Part shown: one piece after another, positions 8,005 to 16,853 of the stretch
Layout: every line of letters begins with the position of its first letter
Position numbering within the stretch: the first letter of the stretch is position 1
DNA from: a candidate division TM6 bacterium GW2011_GWE2_36_25
GTDB lineage: Bacteria > Babelota > Babeliae > Babelales > UBA12409
Reading direction: 5' to 3'
NCBI GenBank assembly: GCA_000991575.1
Contig: LBRU01000009.1
Coordinates: forward strand, 698-64,697
Length of the DNA: 64,000 nt
Program-made: the position numbers and the translations under genes
Notes under the pieces: model-generated
What the model saw: only the letters and a program-made list of their open reading frames with translations
Told to the model about the DNA's origin: nothing
Databases searched by the model: none

Positions 8005-10305
8005 ATGAAAAGTTCACGTTTTTTGAGCATATTTTTATTATGCTCAACACTTCTTAATACTCAGATAACAACCGCAATGGATGGCGCTGATCAACAACAT
8101 CAAAGTACACAAAGCTCTTCCGAAACACACGTTTCAGAGGAACCCTCATCACCAGAGACACCCCCAATAGATGAACAAATTGAAACATCTTCAGAAACAC
8201 CTGTGTCAGAAGAGGCCGAAGAACTCGTATCACCAGAGAGATCCCAAATAGATCAACAAGTTGAAAACATTCCTTCAGAAACACATTTGGCACAAGAGGT
8301 TATTGAAGAAGATACATTTCATGAATCAGAAGCTGAAAGCGAAATGCCTGCAATTCAATTTGATGATGAACTTTCAGTATCGGATGAAAAGCCAAAACGA
8401 TCTATTCTATTTTCACTTCTATCTTCATTCATTAACTGGGGTGGTCATATCGTTGGAAACGCCCTGGCTGAAGGATTAGAAGAAGTAAGAAGAATGGTAA
8501 TTCAAGAAGCGGCACGAAGGGGTCAAAGATATGTTGCGGGCAAAGTAGTTACTTTAGCCCAAACCGCAGCACCCCATATTATGAACGCAACACACTCTAT
8601 TTATCGTAAATCATATGATTTTTCTGATAGGCACCCCGTTCTCTCATTATTCACACCTTCAACACTAGCAACTCTTTCTGGAATAACGGTCGCCTCCCTG
8701 GCCGCAAAAAGCGACTTAGTGCCAACCTGGGTAAAAGTTCTCGCTGTTGGTGGAGGAGCTTACTTTGGCGCACTTCAATTAGAAGCACCGTTTCAAGTTC
8801 TTCGTGGCAAACGCTTTTTCATACAACAAGATCATCAAGATTCTCCATCTCTTGAAGAAATCTTTCGATCACAACCAAGAATAATTACAAAAATTATTGA
8901 TACATTACGTGATCAAGATCTTTATGGTGGCTTTTATTATGAAACAAATGGCACAATCTCAGTCTACGGTGAAAATTCTTCAGCTGAAGATAAGCGCAAT
9001 GTTATCAGAGCAATTGCTCGAGAAGCAAACATACCCGTCTTCTTTATAACAAAAGAAGATTTTGAAAATTCTCCAGAAAATGCTCTTAATACCGTACTCA
9101 AAATCATTAAAAAAGCAGATGCCGCAGCTTTTGCTTATAATACCACCTGCTCATTTGTCTGTTTTGAGAACTTCATGGAATTGTTTAATGAATATGAAGA
9201 AATAAGAAACTTGATATCAAGCATTAGATTATGGAACCCATTATATTCTCTTCACCGCATCATATTTTGGGGCATAAATCAACAAGAATCACATGATGAA
9301 CGTCTGAGAGATCAGTTCTTCTCATTTAAATTACAGCTTACACAATCAAGCGAAGGCCATGAAGCAGCGGCCCCATCATTAAAAGTAATACCTCAACATA
9401 TTCCAACCTTTAAGCCAATTAATTTTAGGGAAGACAAGAAAAACGAATTACCATGTTATGAAGCTAGCGATTTAACACTCGAAGATATTACTGGCGGTTA
9501 TCCTGAAGCAATCGAAGTAATTGTTCATGAATTATCAACTCAGACCCCTGGCCAAGGTGCTGATGGAGTCTTATTATGGGGAAAACCCGGCACCGGAAAA
9601 ACAAGACTTGCTCGTGCATTAGCCGGAACATTTAATGTGCCCTTTTTTAACGTTAAGATTTCACGCGTATTACAAGAAGGAACAAACGCAGGAAACTTCA
9701 TCAATGCTCTTTTTGAAAATGCACATAAAAAAGCAATCAGTGATAAGTCAAAATATGCAATTATATTTTTTGATGAATGCGACAGTCTCTTGCAACCACT
9801 TTCTAAAATAACAGATCCAACTATACGATCAGCAAACGTTGCTCTTCGTTCACAATTGAGTGGTTTCACGCAAGACAAAAAAGTTATCTGTATTGCTGCT
9901 GCAAACTCATCACCGAATAAATTAGATGAAGCATTGCTTCGACCAGGAAGATTTGGCACCCACATTCACTTCAAATTACCCAATGCACAAGCTCGTCAAG
10001 AAGTACTGATTTATTACTTATCAGAAATGGAAGATCCTGCGGAAGCTCAAAGAATTGGGAAAAATTTTGTATACGATACCAAAGGGTTTTCTCAAGCAGA
10101 CCTTGAACAGCTCGTTAAAGATTCAAGACGATGGGCAGAAGCATTTGGCTCAACCATCGAAAAGCAACTACCAATCGTATTATCCAATATGAAAAAAAGC
10201 AAAAATCGTGTCACTAAAGACAGATTGGAAGATGAAGCTTATGCGTATTCATCATCAGAAGATGAGGATGATGTTTTAGGCACCGGCAAAGAAGAAGTAG
10301 AATAA
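8005..10305 (+). CDS. membrane-anchored AAA+ ATPase with signal peptide and acidic N-terminal repeats
   Basis: Walker A GKPGTGKT, Walker B IIFFDECD, and second region of homology ...LDEALLRPGRFGTHIHFKLP. There is an N-terminal signal peptide, about 2.3 copies of an ~80-bp acidic repeat (SSETHVSEE..PE..IDEQIE; 8110-8300) and two central hydrophobic segments. No protease domain is present. Confidence 0.8.
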   Translation: MKSSRFLSIFLLCSTLLNTQITTAMDGADQQHQSTQSSSETHVSEEPSSPETPPIDEQIETSSETPVSEEAEELVSPERSQIDQQVENIPSETHLAQEVIEEDTFHESEAESEMPAIQFDDELSVSDEKPKRSILFSLLSSFINWGGHIVGNALAEGLEEVRRMVIQEAARRGQRYVAGKVVTLAQTAAPHIMNATHSIYRKSYDFSDRHPVLSLFTPSTLATLSGITVASLAAKSDLVPTWVKVLAVGGGAYFGALQLEAPFQVLRGKRFFIQQDHQDSPSLEEIFRSQPRIITKIIDTLRDQDLYGGFYYETNGTISVYGENSSAEDKRNVIRAIAREANIPVFFITKEDFENSPENALNTVLKIIKKADAAAFAYNTTCSFVCFENFMELFNEYEEIRNLISSIRLWNPLYSLHRIIFWGINQQESHDERLRDQFFSFKLQLTQSSEGHEAAAPSLKVIPQHIPTFKPINFREDKKNELPCYEASDLTLEDITGGYPEAIEVIVHELSTQTPGQGADGVLLWGKPGTGKTRLARALAGTFNVPFFNVKISRVLQEGTNAGNFINALFENAHKKAISDKSKYAIIFFDECDSLLQPLSKITDPTIRSANVALRSQLSGFTQDKKVICIAAANSSPNKLDEALLRPGRFGTHIHFKLPNAQARQEVLIYYLSEMEDPAEAQRIGKNFVYDTKGFSQADLEQLVKDSRRWAEAFGSTIEKQLPIVLSNMKKSKNRVTKDRLEDEAYAYSSSEDEDDVLGTGKEEVE

Positions 10306-10309
10306 TTCG

Positions 10310-11686
10310 TCAATGATTGCGCTGTTGTAAACCGAGCCAACGATCAAGAATAACTGCAGCCGCTGATCTTACCGAGAGATGATTAAAATCAGACAGCCCT
10401 TTAATTGGCATCAAGAGATAATCACATCGTTTTAAGACCGCATCTGCTAACCCGGATGCGGTTCCTAATAATAAGAGAACGGGACGTTCTTGTTTCCAAA
10501 CTATCTGTTGATCATAAAAAGTAATTTGAGGAATTTCAGCATGCTTTTTCGCTGAAGTTGCAATCAGCAAAGGATCTTTCCCTGTCTCGTTCTTAATTTT
10601 TTCAATCGTCTCATCTAATGATATTGATAAATCAACCAGCTGTACCGCCCGATGACGATGCAGATTATATTCTTTACCTTTGGTTGCCCAAAAATCGAGC
10701 AATGTTTGCGTAATCTTCTGCTGATCTTCCAGAGGGGTCACAATAAAATATTTTTTTAATCCATACGTTGCGGCTGAACGAGCAATGTCATGAATATCGA
10801 GAGACGTCACAGAACTGGTGCCCACCCGGTTTTCTTTTAAATTCACATCAACATGCATCAATGCAAGATAATGTGGCGGAATAATTTTTTGTGCCTCACT
10901 AACAAGACGCTCATTCAAGTCAAAAGAACGAAACCATTCAAAATGCCCCCCTAACAGCGTTCGTTTAAGCGCTTGTTCTTCACGCCATTCTGAAATTTTT
11001 TGATGATTTCCGGACCTGATAATTTCGGGAACTTCCATTCCTTGCCACTTCAATGGCTCGGTATATTCTGGATAATCAACCAACGGCCCAGAAAATGAGT
11101 CTTTTTCAACTGATTCGTCTTTACCCACAACCCCTGGAACATAACGCAAAACCGCCTCTAAAAGAACCATTGCGGGCAAATCGCCACCCATTAAGACATA
11201 ATCACCAATCGAAATGATCTCGTCAGCATAATGTGCCTCAACCCGCGCGTCCATTCCTTCATAACGGGCTGGCAACAGCATAATGTGCTGTTTTTCCTGT
11301 AAAACTTGTGAGATTCGTCTCGCATGAAATTGATTTAAGGGTGTCCCATGGGGTGAAAAGAAAATCTTGTACGAGCGGCCAAATTTTTGCTCCTGAGAGG
11401 CAATTGCACGCTCTAGTATATCAGGCTTAATAAGCATTCCAGCCCCAGGGCCAAAAGTCGGTGCATCTATCCTTTTTTTAGGCGCTGCAAAAGAGAATAG
11501 ATCGGTCACTTCTGAGGTAAAAATACCTTTTTCTTGTGCCCGACCTATTAAACTTTCTTTAAGAAACGGCTTATATAATTCAGGGAATAACGTTAGAATT
11601 GAAACATTCACGGGCTTATTTTGCCTCTTTTTCTTCCTTTTCAACATGAAGCTTTTTGGAAGCTTTTTCAGCTTTTGGCTCAGCAA
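10310..11686 (-). CDS. trmD: tRNA (guanine37-N1)-methyltransferase TrmD fused to a second SPOUT-type (PF09936-like) methyltransferase domain
   Basis: The N-terminal half (VSILTLFPELY...GDYVLMGGDLPAMVLLEAVLRYVPGV...) is TrmD. The C-terminal ~190 aa (LALMHVDV...VTSLDIHDIARSAATYGLKKYFIVTPL...LLLLGTASGL...NHLSVRSAAAVILDRWLG) resemble the stand-alone SPOUT family often encoded next to trmD. The annotated ATG overlaps rpsP; the true start is probably ATG 11647 or GTG 11611. Confidence 0.8.
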   Translation of the reverse strand: MLSQKLKKLPKSFMLKRKKKRQNKPVNVSILTLFPELYKPFLKESLIGRAQEKGIFTSEVTDLFSFAAPKKRIDAPTFGPGAGMLIKPDILERAIASQEQKFGRSYKIFFSPHGTPLNQFHARRISQVLQEKQHIMLLPARYEGMDARVEAHYADEIISIGDYVLMGGDLPAMVLLEAVLRYVPGVVGKDESVEKDSFSGPLVDYPEYTEPLKWQGMEVPEIIRSGNHQKISEWREEQALKRTLLGGHFEWFRSFDLNERLVSEAQKIIPPHYLALMHVDVNLKENRVGTSSVTSLDIHDIARSAATYGLKKYFIVTPLEDQQKITQTLLDFWATKGKEYNLHRHRAVQLVDLSISLDETIEKIKNETGKDPLLIATSAKKHAEIPQITFYDQQIVWKQERPVLLLLGTASGLADAVLKRCDYLLMPIKGLSDFNHLSVRSAAAVILDRWLGLQQRNH

Positions 11687-12050
11687 CTTCTTCTTTTACT
11701 TCCACTGCTTCAACCTGAGCTTTTTTAGCTTTTTTTGTAGATTCTTCTGCTTTAACTTCTGTAGCTTCTGCAAGTAATTCTTCTACAACAATCTTTTCAG
11801 CTTTTGATTTTGAGCCTTGCTTAAATTTCTTATATAATTTTTTTACTGAATCGGATGGAACAGCACCCTTCTTAAGCCACTCATCAATGCGATCCACGTG
11901 AAACTGTACATATTCACCAGTCACTGGATTATAAGTGCCCAAGTTTTCTAAGTATTTGCCATCACGCATTTTACGTGAATCAATTGCTACAATACGAAAA
12001 ACTGGAGCATGTTTTTTTCCAAAAAGTGCCAATCGTAACCTAACTGCCAT
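11616..12050 (-). CDS. rpsP: 30S ribosomal protein S16 with long Lys/Glu/Ala-rich C-terminal extension
   Basis: MAVRLRLALFGKKHAPVFRIVAIDSRKMRDGKYLENLGTYNP... is canonical S16. About 60 extra charged residues follow. Confidence 0.9.
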   Translation of the reverse strand: MAVRLRLALFGKKHAPVFRIVAIDSRKMRDGKYLENLGTYNPVTGEYVQFHVDRIDEWLKKGAVPSDSVKKLYKKFKQGSKSKAEKIVVEELLAEATEVKAEESTKKAKKAQVEAVEVKEEVAEPKAEKASKKLHVEKEEKEAK

Positions 12051-12069
12051 ATAATCCTCAAATCACCTA

Positions 12070-13401
12070 TTATTTAAAAAAGTTTCCAAAAGACTTGTTC
12101 TTCTTTAAAAGTTTAACAAACTGTTTACTTTGTTCAAATTTTTCTAACAATGCGCGCACATCAGCTTGTGTCGCACCCGCACCTTTGGCAATACGAGCAA
12201 TGCGCGATTTGTCGATTATCGAAGGAGATCGACGCTCATCAGCTGTCATTGAATTGATAATGACGCGAAAACGCTTCATCTCTTGTTCGCCCTGAGCAAT
12301 CTTTTCTTTGCTCAATTGTCCAGTCATCCCACTCATGCCGGGCAAAAATTTAAGAATAGAGCTCAACGAACCAATCCGTTTCATCATGTCCATCTGTTTT
12401 GCAAAATCATCCAATGAAAATTCGCCACTCATAAACGCTTTTGCTGCAGCATCTTGTTCTTCTTTTTTAATCTGCTCATTTGCACGCTCCAAAAGCGTGT
12501 CAATATCGCCCATTCCCAAGATGCGCTTTGCTGCACGATCAGGATAAAATTGTGCTAATTCATCGACTTTTTCACCCGTGCCAACAAACAAAATCGGTTT
12601 TTTTAATGCGTAAGCAAAAGCAAAAGAAGCACCAGCACGTGTATCACTATCCGTTTTAGTAAGGAGCGCTCCATCAAAACCGACCGCCTGCTCAAATGCC
12701 TTTGCTACATTAAGTGATTCTTGTCCGGTCATTGCGTCAAGAACCAAGATTTTTTTTGATGGCTGAATAATCGCATCGAGATCTTTCAATTCTTGCAACA
12801 TCTGGTTATCAACATGTAAACGACCAGCAGTGTCAAGCATTAAGAGATCGTGTGAGCCCTCATTAAATTTTCGCTGAATTTCACGCGCAGCCTCAATTGG
12901 GTCAGTTGATTGCGCACGATAAAAATCAACGCCAACCTGCTTTGCTAAAATTTCAAGTTGATCAATAGCCGCAGGACGATAAAAATCTACTGATGCAACA
13001 AGAATATTTTTCTTTAAATCTTTTTTCTTTAAGAAATATGCTAACTTTGCAATACTCGTTGTCTTTCCCGAGCCTTGAAGTCCCATCACAAGAATCGTTG
13101 CGCGAGCAGGTAATGAAAACTGCGCTTGCTTATCAGCAACCGATAAAAAATTAACTAAACGATCATAAATAATTTTGATGAACTGATCAGCTGGATTAAG
13201 CGATTTTACCACCTTTTGACCAAGTGCCTCTTCTTTAACGTGCGCAATAAATTGCTGAACAATATCATAAGGTATATCTGCTTCTAATAATGAATCCTGC
13301 ACTTTGGAAATTGCTTCTTCAATATTATCCTCAGAAAGCTTATGTGTTCCCACAAGACGAGAAAATATGTTAGAAAATTTTTCAGATAAAAAATCAAACA
13401 T
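12070..13401 (-). CDS. ffh: signal recognition particle protein Ffh
   Basis: NG domain with GLQGSGKTTSIAKLA, DTAGR and TKTD motifs, plus a Met-rich M domain (FLPGMSGMTG). Confidence 0.95.
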   Translation of the reverse strand: MFDFLSEKFSNIFSRLVGTHKLSEDNIEEAISKVQDSLLEADIPYDIVQQFIAHVKEEALGQKVVKSLNPADQFIKIIYDRLVNFLSVADKQAQFSLPARATILVMGLQGSGKTTSIAKLAYFLKKKDLKKNILVASVDFYRPAAIDQLEILAKQVGVDFYRAQSTDPIEAAREIQRKFNEGSHDLLMLDTAGRLHVDNQMLQELKDLDAIIQPSKKILVLDAMTGQESLNVAKAFEQAVGFDGALLTKTDSDTRAGASFAFAYALKKPILFVGTGEKVDELAQFYPDRAAKRILGMGDIDTLLERANEQIKKEEQDAAAKAFMSGEFSLDDFAKQMDMMKRIGSLSSILKFLPGMSGMTGQLSKEKIAQGEQEMKRFRVIINSMTADERRSPSIIDKSRIARIAKGAGATQADVRALLEKFEQSKQFVKLLKKNKSFGNFFK

Positions 13402-13637
13402 GTAAATCCTTTTTAAGCCTCTTTATAAAATATATCATTTAAATGAAAAAATTTAAAGATAAGCCTTTCTCTAGGTTTTAAACAACCATTTCGAGTACCT
13501 CATTTCAGAATTTTAAAATGAGCAACAAAAGAGAGGTTTTCCCTTTTTGATTTACCATTAATTTTTAGAATCAATCTGCTAAACAACTCAATGGTTTAAG
13601 CCATTGAGTTGTTATTTTCAATTTCAAGAGAAATATT

Positions 13638-15101
13638 TTATTGCCAACTTTTTCTTAAGAAGTTTTTATATGCATCAAATATTTCTCGATTTTGGCTTAA
13701 CTTCTGCCTTATCTGTTTAAAGGCAAAACGCTTAATTTCTTCATTTTCTAATTTGAGAAATTCGGGCAAGAAATCAATAAACCTAATAGCATCTTCGGTA
13801 TAAACCGTCTGTTCTAATATAAAGCGTTTTATAAATTTTATCACACAAGACATTCTTCGGTCTTCTTGAATTTCATTTATATTTCTCACAATTTCATGAA
13901 CCATTTCCAGATTATTGTTTGAGTAAGCGTACTTTAACAAATCAATGAGAGATCGAGGGTTTATTTTTTCTGCTCCTTTTTTCATGAGTAAAAGAGCAAT
14001 TTTTATATTTCTGAGTGTATCACGATGGATTCCTTTTGTTGCAAAATCTAATACAGACCAACCTTCTGCATCGGTAAGAGTAATATTCGCCCGGAACCTT
14101 AGAAGCTCTTTGGCGGTTTTTCTATTTGCAGATAAAGCGGCGCTCATTAAAGCGGTAACGCCATCTCTGTTTGCTCGATTAATATCAGCACCATTTTCAA
14201 GAAGTAAACGAATAATTTCCGGAGTACCAAGTTCTGCGGCAAACATCAATGGTGATATTCCTGCTCGATAGACAAGAATATCACGTTCATATTTATAGGG
14301 ATCATTTGGATCCAGACCCTTTTTTATGAGCGCTTCAACAGCTATGACGTTATGAGAATGAATAGCAGTAAATAAAGGTGGTTCGCTATATGGCCCATGA
14401 GGAGTTCTAATATCGGCACCATGATTAATAAGAATTTGAACGATTTCGTTGTATCCATGCATTATAGCAAATTGTAAAAGAGTAAGGCGATCAGAGGAAA
14501 AAGAAGTGTCGTTGAGATTAAAACCAGGCATCATTACCAAATGTCTTGTTTGTTCTATATTGTTATTTTTTACTGCTTCGATTAATTGCATTTGACTATT
14601 AGAGGCACCATGATCGAGAAGAAGTTGTGCCATTTCAGTATATCCCTGAGCTCGTGCAAATTCTAAAAGAGTATGGCCTTCAAGCATTAACGACCAAATA
14701 TTGAGTTCTATACCGGGTATTGTTATAAGATCATGTGCACGATCTATATTGTTATTTTTTACTGCCTCAATTAATTTCATTTGACTATTATATGCACCGT
14801 GATCAAAAAGAAGTTGTGCGATTTCCGTATACCCATGACTTTGAGCAAATTCTAAAAGGGTAAGCCCTTCAATTGTTAAATAACAAGTATCGAGGTTAAT
14901 ACTTCCACTTGTGATAAGCTCCGATGCCTGCTTTACATTATTAGTTTTTATTGCTTCGATTAATTGTTCAGTGAGCCATTCGGTGGTGCGGAAAAATCTT
15001 GCAATTGATAAAGGCAGATGGTCCAAAAACTCAGCTTGTGCCGGCGATAAGCCCAAAAAATTATTGACAAAAAGGAGATTTTTAAAATTTTCATATCGCA
15101 C
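13638..15101 (-). CDS. ankyrin-repeat protein
   Basis: Multiple ANK consensus stretches (TPLMFAAELGTPEIIRLLLENGADINRANRDGVTALMSAA). In addition there are three ~62-aa tandem repeats (LIEAVKNNNI...LLEFA.A.GYTE.AQLL.DHGA). Confidence 0.85.
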   Translation of the reverse strand: MRYENFKNLLFVNNFLGLSPAQAEFLDHLPLSIARFFRTTEWLTEQLIEAIKTNNVKQASELITSGSINLDTCYLTIEGLTLLEFAQSHGYTEIAQLLFDHGAYNSQMKLIEAVKNNNIDRAHDLITIPGIELNIWSLMLEGHTLLEFARAQGYTEMAQLLLDHGASNSQMQLIEAVKNNNIEQTRHLVMMPGFNLNDTSFSSDRLTLLQFAIMHGYNEIVQILINHGADIRTPHGPYSEPPLFTAIHSHNVIAVEALIKKGLDPNDPYKYERDILVYRAGISPLMFAAELGTPEIIRLLLENGADINRANRDGVTALMSAALSANRKTAKELLRFRANITLTDAEGWSVLDFATKGIHRDTLRNIKIALLLMKKGAEKINPRSLIDLLKYAYSNNNLEMVHEIVRNINEIQEDRRMSCVIKFIKRFILEQTVYTEDAIRFIDFLPEFLKLENEEIKRFAFKQIRQKLSQNREIFDAYKNFLRKSWQ

Positions 15102-15272
15102 CCCTATTTACTATTTGTTTTTAATTATATCATAATTAATGATTTTTTCAATAAAATTCGTCTAAAACTTAAAGAATTTAAAACGATATTTTCATCTTTT
15201 TCTTCACAACCAAGCACCATTATCAATCTTTCAACTTTGGGAAAAAAAGACGAAAAGAATCAACACAATAGT

Positions 15273-16064
15273 TTAATCATTTTTTTGATCACTTTGTGCG
15301 TGATGATAACAACCCCTACCTTTTAACTTCTTTGCTATTTCAAGTATCTCTTCTTTACAGAGGTAACCATTTTGAAGATATTTTTTCCCTGAATCTGAAC
15401 ATCTTTTTGGCCTAAATTCAGCTATTTCTTTAACACAAAGCTCACATCCAGTTGCCAGAAACCCTTCAGTATCAGCTTTATATTCCTCTTTATGTCGAAA
15501 AAAATCTGTGACCTTCATATATAAAAAAATTGTCACAGGAAGGGATGCTAAAGTCAAATAGCCAGAATATCCTTTTGTTAATTCATAAAAACCTACAGAA
15601 CCCTGCAAGATGAAAGCGCCTATACCAGGCCAAATAAGATTCCATAGATCTCTATACCGATATTTTTTATGAACTGCTTCATGATGAAAACAACCATTTA
15701 GCGCCCCAAAAGGAATTTTTTCCATTCCTCTGAGGCAATAAATATGATGAGTAAAACAATTGTAATGGGCAGGGGAAACATTTATAACCTTCTCTGCAGA
15801 AAGCTCCTCTTTCTCTGAAGTAGTTGAAGGATGATCCTCCTCTTTGACTATGCTTACATTCCCAAAATAGTAAATATCCGATGGCTCAACGCCAACATCT
15901 TCTTGTGCTTTTTTTCCCATTTCTTGAAGTTCCTTTGAAGCTAACGGGGAACTTTTCAATCCCAAATAAAATTTTATCGAATCAAGCCATCCCGCTTGAA
16001 GAGGAAAAACTGATAATCCTAAACATAAAAAAATAATACTAAATTTCTTTTTAAACATAGCCAC
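15273..16064 (-). CDS. putative membrane-associated zinc metalloprotease-like protein (HExxH)
   Basis: Signal peptide, an HEAVH motif (FHHEAVHKKY) followed by two hydrophobic segments and a Cys-rich tail. I do not recognise the family. Confidence 0.35.
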   Translation of the reverse strand: MAMFKKKFSIIFLCLGLSVFPLQAGWLDSIKFYLGLKSSPLASKELQEMGKKAQEDVGVEPSDIYYFGNVSIVKEEDHPSTTSEKEELSAEKVINVSPAHYNCFTHHIYCLRGMEKIPFGALNGCFHHEAVHKKYRYRDLWNLIWPGIGAFILQGSVGFYELTKGYSGYLTLASLPVTIFLYMKVTDFFRHKEEYKADTEGFLATGCELCVKEIAEFRPKRCSDSGKKYLQNGYLCKEEILEIAKKLKGRGCYHHAQSDQKND

Positions 16065-16304
16065 CCCTCAAAAAATAATTTTCTATTATAAATATATCGA
16101 AATTGGTAATTTTTGCAAGTTTTTTACCCAAACAAAGCCATCAAGCCATCCACAAGTTTAAAAGTTAATAAATACTGAGCTGTATCGAAATATGAGCAGA
16201 AAGATCCTTGAGCATCATACATTTCAGCGACAGAAAATAAAAAAACTTACTTTTATGCATCTTTTCTACAAATACAATCCTTATGAGTTAATTTCAGAAA
16301 AAAA

Positions 16305-16727
16305 TTATCTTCTGAGTCTACGATCAAACAGTTTTTTTATGTCATCATCGGTAATATTTACTTTACCAATATAAAATTCACCAATTGGCGTAACCCACCG
16401 AGATGTCTCATGCTCAATAACCATCTCAGCAAAAACAGCAAATGCTCCAACTAATCGATCAACTGGATAAAAAGAAACTAAATTCTTGTAAGTAAAAATT
16501 CCCGAGACCTCCTCATTACAAGGAAATTCACTTCCTGGAACAATCATACAATAAAAAATTTGGCCATCACTTCTCAAAAAAGCTGGGTGCGCCCGAACAG
16601 TCATCCCCTCAACAATACCGGGCAATTCCATCATATTTTTTGCATAAATAATCTGCCATTCCGTCAAACCTGGTTGCATACCACAAAGATTGAACAAAAA
16701 AGAACACGCAATTAATAATTTTTTCAT
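16305..16727 (-). CDS. hypothetical secreted protein
   Basis: Signal peptide MKKLLIACSFLFNLCG. No family recognised. Confidence 0.4.
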   Translation of the reverse strand: MKKLLIACSFLFNLCGMQPGLTEWQIIYAKNMMELPGIVEGMTVRAHPAFLRSDGQIFYCMIVPGSEFPCNEEVSGIFTYKNLVSFYPVDRLVGAFAVFAEMVIEHETSRWVTPIGEFYIGKVNITDDDIKKLFDRRLRR

Positions 16728-16818
16728 AAATGCCCCCGCTATTTTTCATTTCCAATTTTACAAAAAAAACTCTTTAATAAGAATAAACAGAAGGAAAAAC
16801 TTACCTTTTCCTTAATTG

Positions 16819-16827
16819 TGCTATAAT
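16819..16827 (+). promoter_or_regulatory. extended -10 promoter element (TGcTATAAT) upstream of hflX
   Basis: TGCTATAAT lies at 16819-16827, about 27 nt upstream of the hflX ATG (16854). A GAGAGGAG RBS lies in between. Confidence 0.4.
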
Positions 16828-16853
16828 TTAGTCGAGAGGAGCCAGGCTTTATT

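Noticed and set aside
13582-13613. A perfect 13-bp hairpin (AACAACTCAATGG-TTTAAG-CCATTGAGTTGTT) downstream of the ankyrin gene, considered as a terminator.
   Set aside because: On the minus (transcribed) strand it is not followed by a U-tract. The T-run lies on the plus strand, where no gene ends. Its function is unclear.
13609-15135. Plus-strand ORFs 13609-13803, 13945-14271 and 14911-15135 opposite the ankyrin gene.
   Set aside because: They are antisense to a gene with clear ANK consensus repeats. There are no supporting signals.
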